This document shows positions 12,668 to 25,162 of a stretch of DNA of 64,000 bases, one piece after another. The position numbers were made by a program, and so were the translations under genes. The stretch comes from Macrostomum lignano. Lineage: Eukaryota. Under the pieces are notes generated by a model. The model was not told the DNA's origin and made no database searches. It saw only the letters and a program-made list of their open reading frames with translations. The stretch lies in assembly GCA_002269645.1 (NCBI GenBank), contig NIVC01001965.1, positions 94,254 through 158,253 on the forward strand, written 5' to 3'. Numbering within the stretch: position 1 is the stretch's first letter; the number at the start of each line of letters is the position of its first letter.

Positions 12668-14544
12668 CAGGTTTCGGTTGCATGAGTTATTAACCTTTTC
12701 GGTGGTATGCGATGCCGGGCCTTTGTATTACCCATGGCTGCATGTTAATTTTTGTTGTATACTCTCCCGCCATATGCCTAACTAAATGTTGCCATTAAAT
12801 TGCTTAAAATTGATTGCGCGATCTGCTAATATGAAAATGAAATCTAATAAAACGTTAGCGCATAAGAACAATGCTTGTAAATGAGATCTGGACGTTTGGA
12901 AATGTTGCCACTAATTAAGAGTTGTTAAACGGGGGTGGAGAGCTAGGCTCACCTCAGATCAGCTCAGGGAAGGGCTCTGTCGCGGGATCTATAACGGCAA
13001 TTCTACCAGGGGCATAAAGCCCGGGTAGCCAGTATTGGGGCTTAGCGGACTTGCCCTAGCAGAGCTCAGAGCTCAACTAATGTTGGGGACACCGAGGACC
13101 CTCCAGTAGAATCAGGTGGACGGATGCAAAGACGGCCCCCAGGCCACCCAACAACAACATAACAGCACCAAAAAGTAAAAGGACGCCGGGCTCAGCCGGT
13201 TTTCCCCGATTCGGGACGGACCCTTCCCAGGACTATACTCAATCTACAGTCAGTGATGAGAGCAGAGACACAAAAGCAGGGAGACAACCAGAGGAGACAG
13301 CAGGGGGGACCAAGGGATCGGATGGAATACCAAATAGCAGAGATCTACTCCAAATTTTGGGTTGGCTCATGACCAAAGATAAAACCAATAAAAGAAGGGG
13401 AGTTCGAGCATTCATTTTAAGACACTGCCAATCATATTCAATGCTTCTACTTTCGTCTATGGTCAAAACAGTCTATGGTGCTTGGCCATACACGCAGTTC
13501 AATTTAGACAAGTCATGCCAGCCGTGTAAATGGAACTGGAGAGGCCACCAGACTAAATCAATCTAGAATTGGCGCTCCATGGTACTGCAAAGAATCGTGG
13601 AGTCAGGCGTGGGGATGTCATATCTGATTGAGCACATGTGGTCTGACAGTTTAGTCACAGTCTGTGTCACAAAATAAACAACTTTTGTCTAATGGCTCTG
13701 AGTTTCAAGTCTGAATTGAAGTACAACACGGTTTTGCCCATAGCCAATCGTCGAAGCATTGTGTCGACTATGATTGGCCGCGTCTTAAATATGCTTGAAA
13801 AAATATAAATGCTACATCATCCACTTTTAATTTAAAAAGTGTATTAATTTTACATGTATATTTTTATAAATCTTATTTAATGAAATAATTTTAAATGGCG
13901 TGCAAATATTAACAGTTATTATAATCTACAGCGGTATTGTTGCGACCTAGTCTAATACGAGCTAAATCGATTTTCATTAACCCAGTGCAAAATCTGTTGA
14001 TTGTTGATTCAGAATTGTTACGTACGCTGTTGCATTGCTCATTTTTATACTAAAATTTTGCCAAAAATTTTACTCTTCCCCCCCCCCCTAATGCTGTTAT
14101 TAAAATCTTTACTCACAAATAATCAATATTGGTTTGTTTTGCCTTTTTCACGTTTAATTAAACCTGTAGTGCCTGCTTCAGCACTGTTTTTTAATGCTTT
14201 AATTGTTATTGGCAAATGAACTTTATAATTTTTCCCAGCTTTTACTGTTGTCCCCCCGTATTGATTATTGTAGCGCTTCGATCATTAACTATACTCATTC
14301 TGCGCGAATGACTGACTGGTGCCTAATAAAACAGTGCTAAAACATTTGAAATTAAATTGAGTAAATTTTACCGCTGGCTTATTTAGTTATTCAAGAACTT
14401 CTTAACAAAAAATGCTAATTGTTGCAGTAATGTTTTTGAGTCCTTCATTTTTTGTTGGTAGACTTTATGTAGATTTGTGTTAATAGATTCTTTTAGATTT
14501 GTCGGTAGATTCTTTATAGATTAGATATATGTATATTCTTCTAA

Positions 14545-15110
14545 ACTGTAGAATCATGTGAGTAGATCCTCCTGTAGATTGGATGTGGGTAGATTCTCAT
14601 GTAGAATGAATATGGGTAGATTCTCATGTAGAATGGATATGGGTAGATTCTCATGTAGATTGGATGTGGGTAGATTCTCATGTAGATTGGATGTGGGTAG
14701 ATTCTCATGTAGATTGGATGTGGGTAGATTCTCATGTAGAATGGATGTGGGTAGATTCTCATGTAGATTGGATGTGGGTAGATTCTCATGTAGATTGGAT
14801 GTGGGTAGATTCTCATGTAGATTGGATGGGGGTAGATTCTCATGTAGATTGGATGTGGATAGATTCTCATGTAGAATGGATATGGGTAGATTCTCATGTA
14901 GATTGGATCTGGGTAGATTGTCTTGTAGATTGGATGTGGGTAGACTCTCCTGTAGATTCAATGTGGGTAGATTCCCTTGTATATTCAATGTGGGTAGATT
15001 CCCTTGTATATTCAATGTTGGTAGATTCCCTTGTATATTCAATGTGGGTAGATTCTTCTGTGTATTCAATGTGGGAAGATTCTCTTGTAGATTCGATGTG
15101 GGTAGATTTC
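14545..15110. repeat. 27-bp minisatellite (TAGATTGGATGTGGGTAGATTCTCATG)n
   Basis: Direct tandem units seen. The ORF track shows a 9-aa period. Confidence 0.95.
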
Positions 15111-15222
15111 GCTGAGTAGAGATCGATATTAGCAGTTCCCGTAGATCAATGGCCTATTTGAATCTATTGACATGGATGCCAATGAACCCTAGCCATCGCA
15201 ATATTACTGATGCCTCGATCAG

Positions 15223-15474
15223 TTTCACTGCAGCGGAAGTGGCGGCGCTATTGCTCGCTGCCTGCGCCAGGCGCTGGCGCCAAATCATCCGCGCCGATGC
15301 AAATCAATAGTCAGGCGGCGTATCGAGCGCGCCACTACGGAATTCGATTTGACCGCCGGTCGCCGGTCGACGTCGGCCAGGCAGCGGCTATACGCCTGCG
15401 GCTGGCCGGTTACCGGCGCCCTGGGCATCGCCCGGTTCGCCCAGCCCACGCCAGGCAGGCCGCTGCGTGAACAG
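15223..15474 (+). CDS. RCC1L: RCC1L/WBSCR16 exon 1 (no in-frame ATG; starts after a CAG acceptor)
   Basis: Frame reads FHCSGSGGAIARCLRQALAPNHPRRCKS...QRLYACGWPVTGALGIARFAQP, matching the RCC1L pattern RVFVWGFSFSGALGVPSFV. Phase-0 donor GTCGGT at 15475. Confidence 0.75.
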
Positions 15475-15514
15475 GTCGGTTAAATCTCTGACTGCTGAAC
15501 CCTGTCAGGTAGTA

Positions 15515-16045
15515 ATCCCTCCTGACACATACTGATCCCTTCTGACACATACTGATCCCTTCTGACACATACTGATCCCTTCTGACACATACTGATTCCT
15601 TTCTGACACATGCTGATCCCTCCTGACACATGCTGATCCCTCCTGACACATGCTGATCCCTCCTGACACATGCTGATCACTCCTGACGCATGCTGATCTC
15701 TTCTGACGCATGCTGATCTCTTCTGACGCATGCTGATCTCTTCTGACGCATGCTGATCTCTTCTGACGCATGCTGATCTCTTCTGACGCATGCTGATCTC
15801 TTCTGACGCATGCTGATCTCTTCTGACACATGCTGATCTCTTCTGACACATGCTGGTCCCTTCTGATACATGCTGGTCCTTCCTGACACACACTGCTCTT
15901 TCCTGACACACGCTGGTCCCTCCTGACACATGCTGATCCCTTTCTGACATGCTGATCCCTTTCTGACATGCTGATCCCTTTCTGACACATGCTAATTCCT
16001 GAAACATGCTTATCCCTCCTGACACATGCTGATCCCTCCTGACAA
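15515..16045. repeat. ~20-bp minisatellite (TGCTGATCCCTCCTGACACA)n in RCC1L intron 1
   Basis: Tandem units with variants seen directly. Confidence 0.95.
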
Positions 16046-16155
16046 TTAGTGATTTCTTTTGACATGGCCAGCCGGTTTTTGTGTTAAATTTGAGCCTTCG
16101 AAAAACCCTGGTCGTTCTACTGACATTAGCTCCGCCCTCGCCACCCACCGCGCAG

Positions 16156-16896
16156 GTGCTGGCCCCCGCCCGTCTAGCCGAATTGTCGTCTCGCGGCCTC
16201 AGCGTCGTAGATGGCGCCGCCGGCTACGGCTTCACTCTGCTGGCCTGCCGCCGCGGCGCCAACCGCGGCATCCTGATGGCCTGCGGCGCCAATAACGACG
16301 GCCAGTTGGGGCCGCTGCAAACCAGAGTCTCCGACGGCGCCGACCCCGCCCAGGACATATTATTGTCGTCGTCATTAAACTCGTCGTCTTCAGGCGTCGC
16401 CAGGCACCGTCTGGTGCTCCGGCCGACTCAGGTCCGCCTTCCGGTGCACCCGGCCGAGCTGGCGTCCGGCCGGTGCCGCCTGCTGCGCTTGTCGGCCGGC
16501 CGGGCGCACTCCCTGCTGGTGACCAGTCACGGCGCCTACGCATTCGGCAACAATGCCTTCGGACAGTGCGGCCGGCCGGCCGGCGGTGAATCCGCTGCCG
16601 TGGCCAGGCTGGCGCTGCCCTGCCCGCCCGAGTCTGTGCAGCGGCTGGTCTGCGGCCAGGACAGCACCTACCTGCTGACTGCCGACGGCCGAGTCTACAG
16701 CTGCGGCCTCGGCGCCGACGGCCAGCTCGGCTTGGGCGGCTTCGACAACTCCGACCGATTTCAGCTGGTTGACGTCGGCGCCCCGGTGGCCGATCTGGCC
16801 TGCCGAGCCGACACCGTGCTGGCGCTGGGCGAGGACGGCTGCGTCTACGGCTGGGGCAACTCCGAGTACGGACAGCTGGGCACCGATGCGCTGCAG
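16156..16896 (+). CDS. RCC1L: RCC1L/WBSCR16 exon 2 (RCC1 repeats)
   Basis: [66 protein letters not shown]. Acceptor GCGCAG, donor GTCAGC, both phase 0. Confidence 0.92.
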
Positions 16897-16921
16897 GTCA
16901 GCTTGGAGTCTGACTGACACT

Positions 16922-16937
16922 GTGAGACAGACAGACC

Positions 16938-16994
<57 letters not shown>

Positions 16995-16999
16995 CACAT

Positions 17000-17036
<37 letters not shown>

Positions 17037-17038
17037 TG

Positions 17039-17078
<40 letters not shown>

Positions 17079-17198
17079 GTCAGAAAGACAGACAGACAGA
17101 CAGACAGATGGACAGACAGACAGACAGACAGACACACATACAGACAGACAGACAGACACACAGACAGACAGGCAGACAGACAGACAGGCAGACAGATG

Positions 17199-17244
<46 letters not shown>

Positions 17245-17246
17245 TG

Positions 17247-17314
<68 letters not shown>

Positions 17315-17601
17315 GTCAGAAAGACAGACAGACAGACAGACAGATGGACAGACAGACAGATAGACAGACAGACAGACAGACAGACAGTCAGACAAACAGA
17401 CAGACAGTCAGACAGACAGACAGACAGAGACAGAGACAGACAGACACCAAGACAGACACTAAGACAGACATCAAGACAGACACCAAGACAGACACCAAGA
17501 CAGACACTAAGACAGACACCAAGACAGACACTAAGACAGACACCAAGACAGACACCAAGACAGACACCAAGACAGACACCAAGACAGACACCAAGACAGA
17601 C

Positions 17602-17658
<57 letters not shown>

Positions 17659-18010
17659 TAGACAGACAGACAGACAGACAGACATTCAGACAAACAGACA
17701 GACACCAAGACAGACAGACAGACACCAAGACAGACACTAAGACAGACACCAAGACAGACACCAAGACAGACACCAAGACAGACACTAAGACAGACACCAA
17801 GACAGACACCAAGACAGACACCAAGACAGACACCAAGACAGACACAGACAGACAGACAGACAGACAGATAGACAGACAGACAGACAGTCAGACAAACAGA
17901 CAGACAGTCAGACAGACAGACACCAAGAGAGACACTAAGACAGACATCAAGACAGACACCAAGACAGACACCAAGACAGACACCAAGACAGACACAGACA
18001 GACACTAAGA
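16922..18010. repeat. (GACA)n microsatellite with 12-bp AGACAGACACCA units, RCC1L intron 2
   Basis: Seen directly. Confidence 0.97.
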
Positions 18011-18051
18011 CAATAAGTAATGGCAACAACAATGTAATCGCAATGCGGCAG

Positions 18052-18495
18052 GTGGACCGGCCTATCCGATTAGATCACGTGATGCACTCAATTCTATCAG
18101 CCAATCAGCAAATCGACCGGGTGGCCGCGGCCGGCTCAATGTGCGCCCTGCTGTCCCGCTGCGGCCGAGTCTGGGTCTGGGGCTACGGCCGGCTTGGCCT
18201 CGGGCCGGACGTCACCCAGCTGGCCGAGCCAAGGCCAATTCCGGACGGTCTGTTCGGCCGGACGCAGTTGGCTAAAGATGTGCGCATTGTCCAGCTGGAC
18301 GCGGGGATGTACCATTTTGCCGCAGTCACCAATAGCGGCTCACTGTACACCTGGGGAGATCAACGGTCGGGCAGTCTGGGCCTCGGTCACGACGACAACC
18401 AGTGCTTCCCGCTGCAGGTGTCCCTGGCCTGCCGGGTGCAGTGGACTCGATGCGGCGTTGATCACACTATCATTTGCGGCACCGCATTTGCCTGA
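18052..18495 (+). CDS. RCC1L: RCC1L/WBSCR16 exon 3 (last)
   Basis: VWVWGYGRLGLGP, GMYHFAAVT, GSLGLGHDDNQCFP, CGVDHTIICGTAFA-stop. Parallels the RCC1L C-terminus (VFVWGYGILGKGP ... CGVDHMV). Confidence 0.92.
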   Translation: MDRPIRLDHVMHSILSANQQIDRVAAAGSMCALLSRCGRVWVWGYGRLGLGPDVTQLAEPRPIPDGLFGRTQLAKDVRIVQLDAGMYHFAAVTNSGSLYTWGDQRSGSLGLGHDDNQCFPLQVSLACRVQWTRCGVDHTIICGTAFA

Positions 18496-18559
18496 CCTGC
18501 TTGGTTAATGCCTGGCCTTTTGGCTCAGCTTTTGTGTGAATTTGGCAGTTGTGTGAACT

Positions 18560-19395
18560 CGATTGCAGTCACACAATTGTCGCTTGTATTGCAACTGGGT
18601 TCACACAACTGTCGTATGGATTGCAACTGGGTTCACACACTGTTGTATGGATTGCAACTGGGTTCACACAACTGTTGTATGCATTGCAACTGGGTTCACA
18701 CAACTGTCGTATGGATTGCAACTGGGTTCACACACTGTTGTATGGATTGCAACTGGGTTCACACAACTGTTGTATGGGTTGCAACTGGGTTCACACACTG
18801 TTGTATGGGTTGCAACTGGGTTCACACAACTGTCGTATGGATTGCAACTGGGTTCACACAACTGTGTATGCATTGCAACTGGGTTCACACACTGTTGTAT
18901 GGGTTGCAACTGGGTTCACACAACTGTCGTATGAATTGCAACTGCGTTCACACAACTGTCGTATGCATTGCAACTGGGTTCACACAACTGTCGTATGGAT
19001 TGCAACTGGGTTCACACACTGTTGTATGGATTGCAACTGGGTTCACACAACTGTTGTATGGGTTGCAACTGGGTTCACACACTGTTGTATGGGTTGCAAC
19101 TGGGTTCACACAACTGTCGTATGGATTGCAACTGGGTTCACACAACTGTGTATGCATTGCAACTGGGTTCACACACTGTTGTATGGGTTGCAACTGGGTT
19201 CACACAACTGTCGTATGAATTGCAACTGCGTTCACATAACTGTGTATGCATTGCAATTGTGTTCACACACTGTTGTATGGGTTGCAACTGGGTTCACACA
19301 ACTGTCGTATGAATTGCAACTGCGTTCACATAACTGTGTATGCATTGCAACTGGGTTCACACAACTGTCGTATGGATTGCAACTGAGTTCACACA
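18560..19395. repeat. ~30-32-bp minisatellite (GCAACTGGGTTCACACAACTGTTGTATGGATT)n
   Basis: Tandem units. Identical 81-aa spurious ORFs 284 bp apart show a block duplication. Confidence 0.95.
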
Positions 19396-20147
19396 CTGTT
19401 GTATGTTGGTATTCTTACAAAAATTTAGATTTGCTCTGTCAGAAACTACTCGTACTTGCAGAGCGACTAGACTTGTACAGTCTATACAATTATCAGACCT
19501 ATAATAATAAAACTGTGAAGTTTGCCCAGAGCCCTGTTATCATGCTGCGCCCAAATCGTCAGTGTTATCTCGTGCTAGCAAATTCTATTAAAAGCAGCAG
19601 TTACCTAATTGCTATTTATGCATTTTGGCGAATTCTGATAAGTTTAGTCCTGTTTGAACTCATTTTTTTGAAAATAAAATTTCTTACTGGCTAGTTTAAG
19701 TAGCAAAGTGAGAATTATATTTTAAAATAAGTTTCAATTTATTTATATATTTAAATGAGTTCCGAGTTAAGTTAATTTGCTGTCCCAATTTTTGATGAGG
19801 CTAAAATAGCGCAAGCCAAATTTTAATGCAATTATTCAGTTGGTCATGCAAATTTAATTATCTTAATTGATCAGTGGCGCTAGAATAAAAACTTCCTTGA
19901 CTTTTAGCAAAGTAAAAAGATTGTGTTTTTTACCTGGGTGGCAACGTATGGCTCTTATCAATATTGAATTATTGATTTGACATTTCTCGTCAATTTAGTT
20001 ACGATGGGCATATTTTGAGAACGGAAGAAGCCATTTCGTTCTCGTTCAAGTATCTAACACAAGTAATTCTGCCTTTTTTAGATATTGAAACTTTTTAAGA
20101 AAAAGTAAGATAGTAGAATTTCTTCCTTTTATCAGCACTTTCGATAG

Positions 20148-20580
20148 GGACAGCTGAAGCAGAGGGCCGCTGCACTCGAAAACCGTGCAGATTTCGCTGC
20201 GAAATGCACTGGCGGGATGGGAAGTTTTCAGTTTTTCAGCACTGAATCCCCAATGCCTCACCTGCTGGACTTCCGAATTGCAAATGCAGCCAGCAGGTGT
20301 TTTGTCCGAGCTGCGCTCACAAGTTTATCAAGCTGCTTTTTCATCAACTGCTGCCGGAGACCGGCAAGCAAGCAAAGTTGCGGCGAAATTGCAGCCGCTC
20401 CTGTCTCTGCAGTGTTTTGTCTGGACGGATTTGTCTATGGCCAAACCCCACTCAGCGCTGTGCAGAAAAACAAATCATTGGAAGTTCAGTTGAGATATTG
20501 GGAATTCAGTGCTGGAAAACTGAAAACTTTCCATCTGGCCAGTGCATTTCACAGCGGAATTCAGCGGCGTTCTACTCGAG
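20148..20580. mobile_element. Palindromic MITE, copy 1
   Basis: Long internal inverted arms (GCGAAATGCACTGGC...CAGCACTGAAT vs ATTCAGTGCTG...GCCAGTGCATTTC). Second copy at 26815-27740. Confidence 0.7.
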
Positions 20581-21126
20581 TTTTCTGTAAAAAGCAAATT
20601 ATAAGCAATTTGTTCACCTTTTCTGCATATCCTGACTTTCATTCGGTTATGTGTCATCACTGTCCCGCTTCTACTCGTAATTACAGGTTCTGGAATTTTT
20701 AAAACGGGAAAAAATCATAGCCTATGTCTAACTCCTACCTCAAATTTTCTTCTGGCTGGGTTTCCTCCAGTTAAGATAACAACCATTTAGCATGGCGATG
20801 ATCGCAATGTGTATAATTATTAATGTGCGACATGTAAAACAACATCTTTTATGTGCTTTTGCCATGCTAAGTTAGAAAACGGAGATATCCAAAGCTGAGA
20901 TCCTATAGAGCAAGGACGGGTTGGGCCATAGACAACACAGATTTCTGACTGAGAAACTCGACTGAGAGACCAGCAAGCCTAGAATTGAGCATCCATACTT
21001 GTAAAATATATTTAAAACGAGTCGGCCAACATTAGTGCTAAATGCCGACAAGTGATAATGAATACCGACTTCTGTTGCTAATTCTAATTAATTACTCTCT
21101 CACTTGAGTTTCCGAGTCAGGAATCT

Positions 21127-21420
21127 GCGTGTTGTCTATGGCCAAAGTATCAACCTATCTGGTGTTGTCTATGGCCCAAGTATCATTCTATATGCGTGTT
21201 GTCTATGGCTCAACCTATCTGCGTGTTGTCTATGGCCCAACCTGTCAACCTATCTGCGCGTTGTCTAATGACCCAACCTATCAACCTATCTGCGCGTTGT
21301 CTAATGACCCAACCTATCTGCGCGTTGTCTAATGGCCCAACCTATCTGCGTGTTGTCTATGGCCAACCTATCTGTGTGTTGTCTATGACCCAGTCTATCA
21401 ATCTATCTTTTGTCGTCTAT
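21127..21420. repeat. Degenerate ~27-35-bp minisatellite (TGCGTGTTGTCTATGGCCCAACCTATC)
   Basis: Seen directly. Confidence 0.85.
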
Positions 21421-22629
21421 GATCCAAACTCTAATTTTATTATACCTATTGAGATTTTACGAACGTATATTTTGGAGAAATCTAGCTAAATGTATAAGTC
21501 ATTGTATTTTGGCTGTATAGCTATCTCGTAAAACTGTGTTCACTAGAAAGTTCACAGGCCTATCTGTTAACCAGTGTTCACTTGAAGGTTGAACGATGAA
21601 CGTTTGTTAGCCCATACGTGTAAGTGTTTGAGGTTGTAATCGGATACTTGGAAGGCCTGTTGAATTTGTAACACAAAAAACAGGCCGTGCTGCCCTGCAT
21701 AGTAGAATTAAATATGCATACGAGTATATTGGTACCAAACAGGCTTAAATTTACCGTTTTTGTTTACGCATCCTCACGTGACCCATCGATACTGCGGCTT
21801 TATAGTACGTATGCATCAATTCTTGTCTCTAGTCAGTCTGTGTTTTCAATCGAGGTACTATAGAGATGGCAGCTGTCTGCATTGATTATTCATTTTCACC
21901 AACTTATTTCCCGTGTTAGTTCTTTATTATCAGGTGCTTGAAGTGAAGCCTAACTGTCATGAAACAATTCGCAGCGATTGAATGATTTATTAAAAATGAT
22001 TGAAATTTTTTTCTAAGTCAAAGTCGACTGCAAATTTTCAATGTCGGCGGTCAATCAAGCTGTCAAAATTGTCACTTATTCCAGAGTTGACTGGTGAAGA
22101 AAGAATTAAGTATATGCCATAAAAGCTCATACGAGGATGCTTAAAAAGTTCAGGCATATCACGTTTGAGATTTGGTGAAATCAGTTCAATATGGTGGTCC
22201 AGGCTTCGGTTTTATGACTCTGAGCAATGCATAGTTGATTATAAATTCGAATTGGCTGAACTCTGTCAGAATGAGATTAGAAATCAAATCGGTCAATTGC
22301 GCCATGCGCTAATGCACTTAGGCCCCGAAAACCCCTGGGTTAGGGCCACAGACACCAGCTACTGCTGCTGCTAATGCTTGAGAGCTTATTGCTAATTGTT
22401 TTCAGGCTATTAACGGTTGTTGCTTTTGGCTTTAAGCTAAAAAATTGATGCTGGGGAATTTGTTAAGGCTTGTGGTGGAATTGCTGAGATGTCAAGGCTT
22501 ACATGTACAAGGGATTGCTGAGGTTATTGCAAAGAGACGCTACATGTAGTTTATTACGAAACTTGTATTGCATTTTTTGGCTCCCCAACGGGGGGCGCTG
22601 ATGGCTACTAGTGAACTCTGATCAGATAG

Positions 22630-23450
22630 AGTTAGTAATAATAATAATAATAATAATTGATTACACCTGCCCTAATAGGCAGACGTGCAACCGACAGCTC
22701 AGCCGCAGCTATTGCGCGGCGCATCTGAAGGCTGCGTACGGCTGTTCAGTCCAAGGACTGCAGGGGGTCGCCACACACGCCCTCAATTATCCCAGCTAAT
22801 GCTGGCACCCATTTTACAGCTGGGGGAACTGAAGCAATGCAGAGTTCAGCAGTGGTGTGATTCAGGCGCAAATTCGCGCCAGGCGCGAAAATGGCGCGAA
22901 TGCGCGAATCCTGGGGGTCTGGCGCGAAATTTTGTGGAACCATGGGCGCGAAAATTGCATTCTTATTTTCTGCTTTTTACACTTATTCTCTTGTCAGACA
23001 GTATGAAATACAAGAATGTCATAGCTTAGGATATTAATCTAACAAACTGAGTTCAATCTCAGGCGTCAGCAGCAGAATGTGCAGAAGAAGAAACAGAAGG
23101 AGGCAGAGAAGCTAGCTGAGCTCGTCTTAAAGCGCAAGGCTGCTGAGCTGCTGTCAACGTCGTCAATCACCAGCACGAGCAGTCGTCTGCCTGCAGACAT
23201 CGCCAACAAGAAGTTCAGGGGGGACACGGCTGTGACTTAAGAGACATGCTAATTGGTAGCCAGACGCATCTTCAAAAGTGTCATCAATTGACTTATTTGG
23301 CTGTCAGTAGAATATTATTGGCATGGCGCGAAAATTTTCAGTCGGCGCGAAATTTGGCAAACTTTCCAATCACACCACTGGAGTTCAGTGTCTTGCTCAA
23401 GGACATAAATTGTTCCGAATAGGTCGAGAATCGAACCCCGACCTTTTCCT
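22630..23450 (-). mobile_element. tRNA-derived SINE family 1, interrupted by a hAT MITE
   Basis: Reverse B-box-like GGTTCGATT at ~23425-23435, TGTCCTTGAGCAAGACA core and (ATT)n tail. Matches the 35520-35800 copy in the opposite orientation. Confidence 0.7.
22850..23380. mobile_element. Non-autonomous hAT-type element (531 bp)
   Basis: Perfect 13-bp TIR CAGTGGTGTGATT / AATCACACCACTG, perfect 8-bp TSD GAGTTCAG (22842-22849, 23381-23388) and subterminal GCGCGAAA repeats. Confidence 0.9.
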
Positions 23451-23869
23451 GTAGCGTATACATTGTTGAGTCTGAGGGGTGGACCCATGAATATGGAGCA
23501 CTTATTGAGACTCCATATCTACCTCCATGTACAAGTTCAAACTTTATGAAGAAAATGTCAGAGTTGAGCTAGAGAAAATCCCATTGGAGGAGCGACTCGG
23601 AGACCAGTCCTCTCCCAAATGCTTCCCCTCTCTCCTCGGCAGTCCTGCTAAATTTGCATTGCCCACCTCTGCGCATAGTCTCTCTCGCGCGAACCCTCGG
23701 CCAACCGACTGACTGCCTCTTCTCTCTGTCTATCCCTATTTATCATTTCAATCTTTCGTGAAAGCAACTTGCTGTAAGTTTAAAAATCAGACTGTCGCAG
23801 ACAGGGACTTGAGTCAGATTACTCCGTTGCTACTATTTTCTTAACGCTTTCAGGTAGGCGCCCAAGAAG

Positions 23870-23939
23870 ATGCGTCTGCTACAGTTGGCTGCGCTAGTCG
23901 GGTCGCTAATCTCCGCGTCTGTCATCGTTGCTAGCGAAG
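23870..23939 (+). CDS. Neuropeptide precursor exon 1 (signal peptide)
   Basis: MRLLQLAALVGSLISASVIVASE, then a phase-1 donor at 23940. An upstream TTTCAG acceptor lies at 23853. Confidence 0.8.
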
Positions 23940-24098
23940 GTCTGTTGTTGACTAGGGCGCACGGGTTAAGGGGGCGACTACTGTCTACCAATTATCTATA
24001 CTTTTTCGTATCTAAAGTAATCATTTAATAATTAAACTTGATCGGTTCGAAATTTATGCAAACACAGCATAGTAAAGTACTTTTTATCCTTTCTGTAG

Positions 24099-24418
24099 CT
24101 TCATCAACAGCTCGACGGGATATCTACAACAATGATGACTTGGCCCGTTCGTTAGCAGCCTATCCATCATATTCGAAGCGCCAGCAGCGCTGGTCGAGCT
24201 CGTTCGGAAAGCGCCAGCCCCAGGTGTGGTCGAGCTCGTTCGGAAAGCGCCAGCAGCGCTGGTCGAGCTCGTTCGGAAAGCGCCAGCCCCAGGTGTGGTC
24301 GAGCTCCTTCGGTAAGCGACAGCGCCAGATGTGGTCGAGCTCCTTCGGCAAGCGACGTCAGCGATGGTCGAGCTCATTTGGAAAGCGCGACTCTGGATTT
24401 GAAGATGGCGACGAGTAA
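24099..24418 (+). CDS. Neuropeptide precursor exon 2: six amidated xWSSSFamide peptides
   Basis: TTCTGTAG acceptor in phase with exon 1. Six WSSSF-GKR units, dibasic sites and an acidic tail. AATAAA at 24549 and 24619. Confidence 0.92.
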
Positions 24419-25162
24419 AGTTGTTTTAAAAATAGCGTCTGAACTCCCGTCGATGAGAATCAGTTACAGACCATTTTGGCATCAAAGATCGAATTGATAT
24501 GCGCTCCTCTCTTCCTAGCTCTGTCGGATTCGGTCCAACTGAACTTTGAATAAAAATAGACGCCTATAAGTTGAAGAACTCTCTAGCGATGCTGATCACG
24601 AGATTTGATTTTGAGTTCAATAAACTGTTGCGCCTTGCGTTTGAGTCTGGTTATTTTTCATTTTGAAGAAACACTTCTTAGAAAATATAGTATAATGGCA
24701 TGGCACTGAGCTGCTGGGAAAGATTTTTAAAATTTAACAAAATTACTGACGTTTTAAATTTATTGCACTAGTTAAGGTTCGGCTGGTTCGTTTCCTTCAT
24801 TACAATCATTGCCAACTAGTTCAACACAGCTTTACTGTTTGATTCTAGGTATGCCTTTCGAAGAAATATATAATCTGGTTGAAGTTTCCAACTCGCAAAT
24901 TCAATTCCGACACTTTTCAATCGATTAAGACAATTAGCTTGGCTGAGTTGAGGGAGGGGCAGACGCAGACCGCTTTAGGGTTTGAGAGGTTGAGATACAG
25001 ATTGCAGTGATACAATAAACTGGGGCATCAGTTGGAGAGAAGGTTAGGCAAGAAAACTAATCGATAACATGTACACAAGCTAATGTGTACACCTTTCAAT
25101 GGGTTTGCAATGTGGATACGTACATTTGAATTAAATTGATAAGATCGACTTTAGAGTACTGT

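Noticed and set aside
13239-13466. 75-aa minus-strand ORF with a signal-peptide-like stretch
   Set aside because: No cleavage motifs, codon bias, splice support or recognisable homology.
14541-19694. Many long ORFs with periodic sequence (MRIYPHPIY, DRQT, VCLS, LQLGSH)
   Set aside because: They are translations of tandem repeats, open in several frames and both strands, and lie in introns or spacers.
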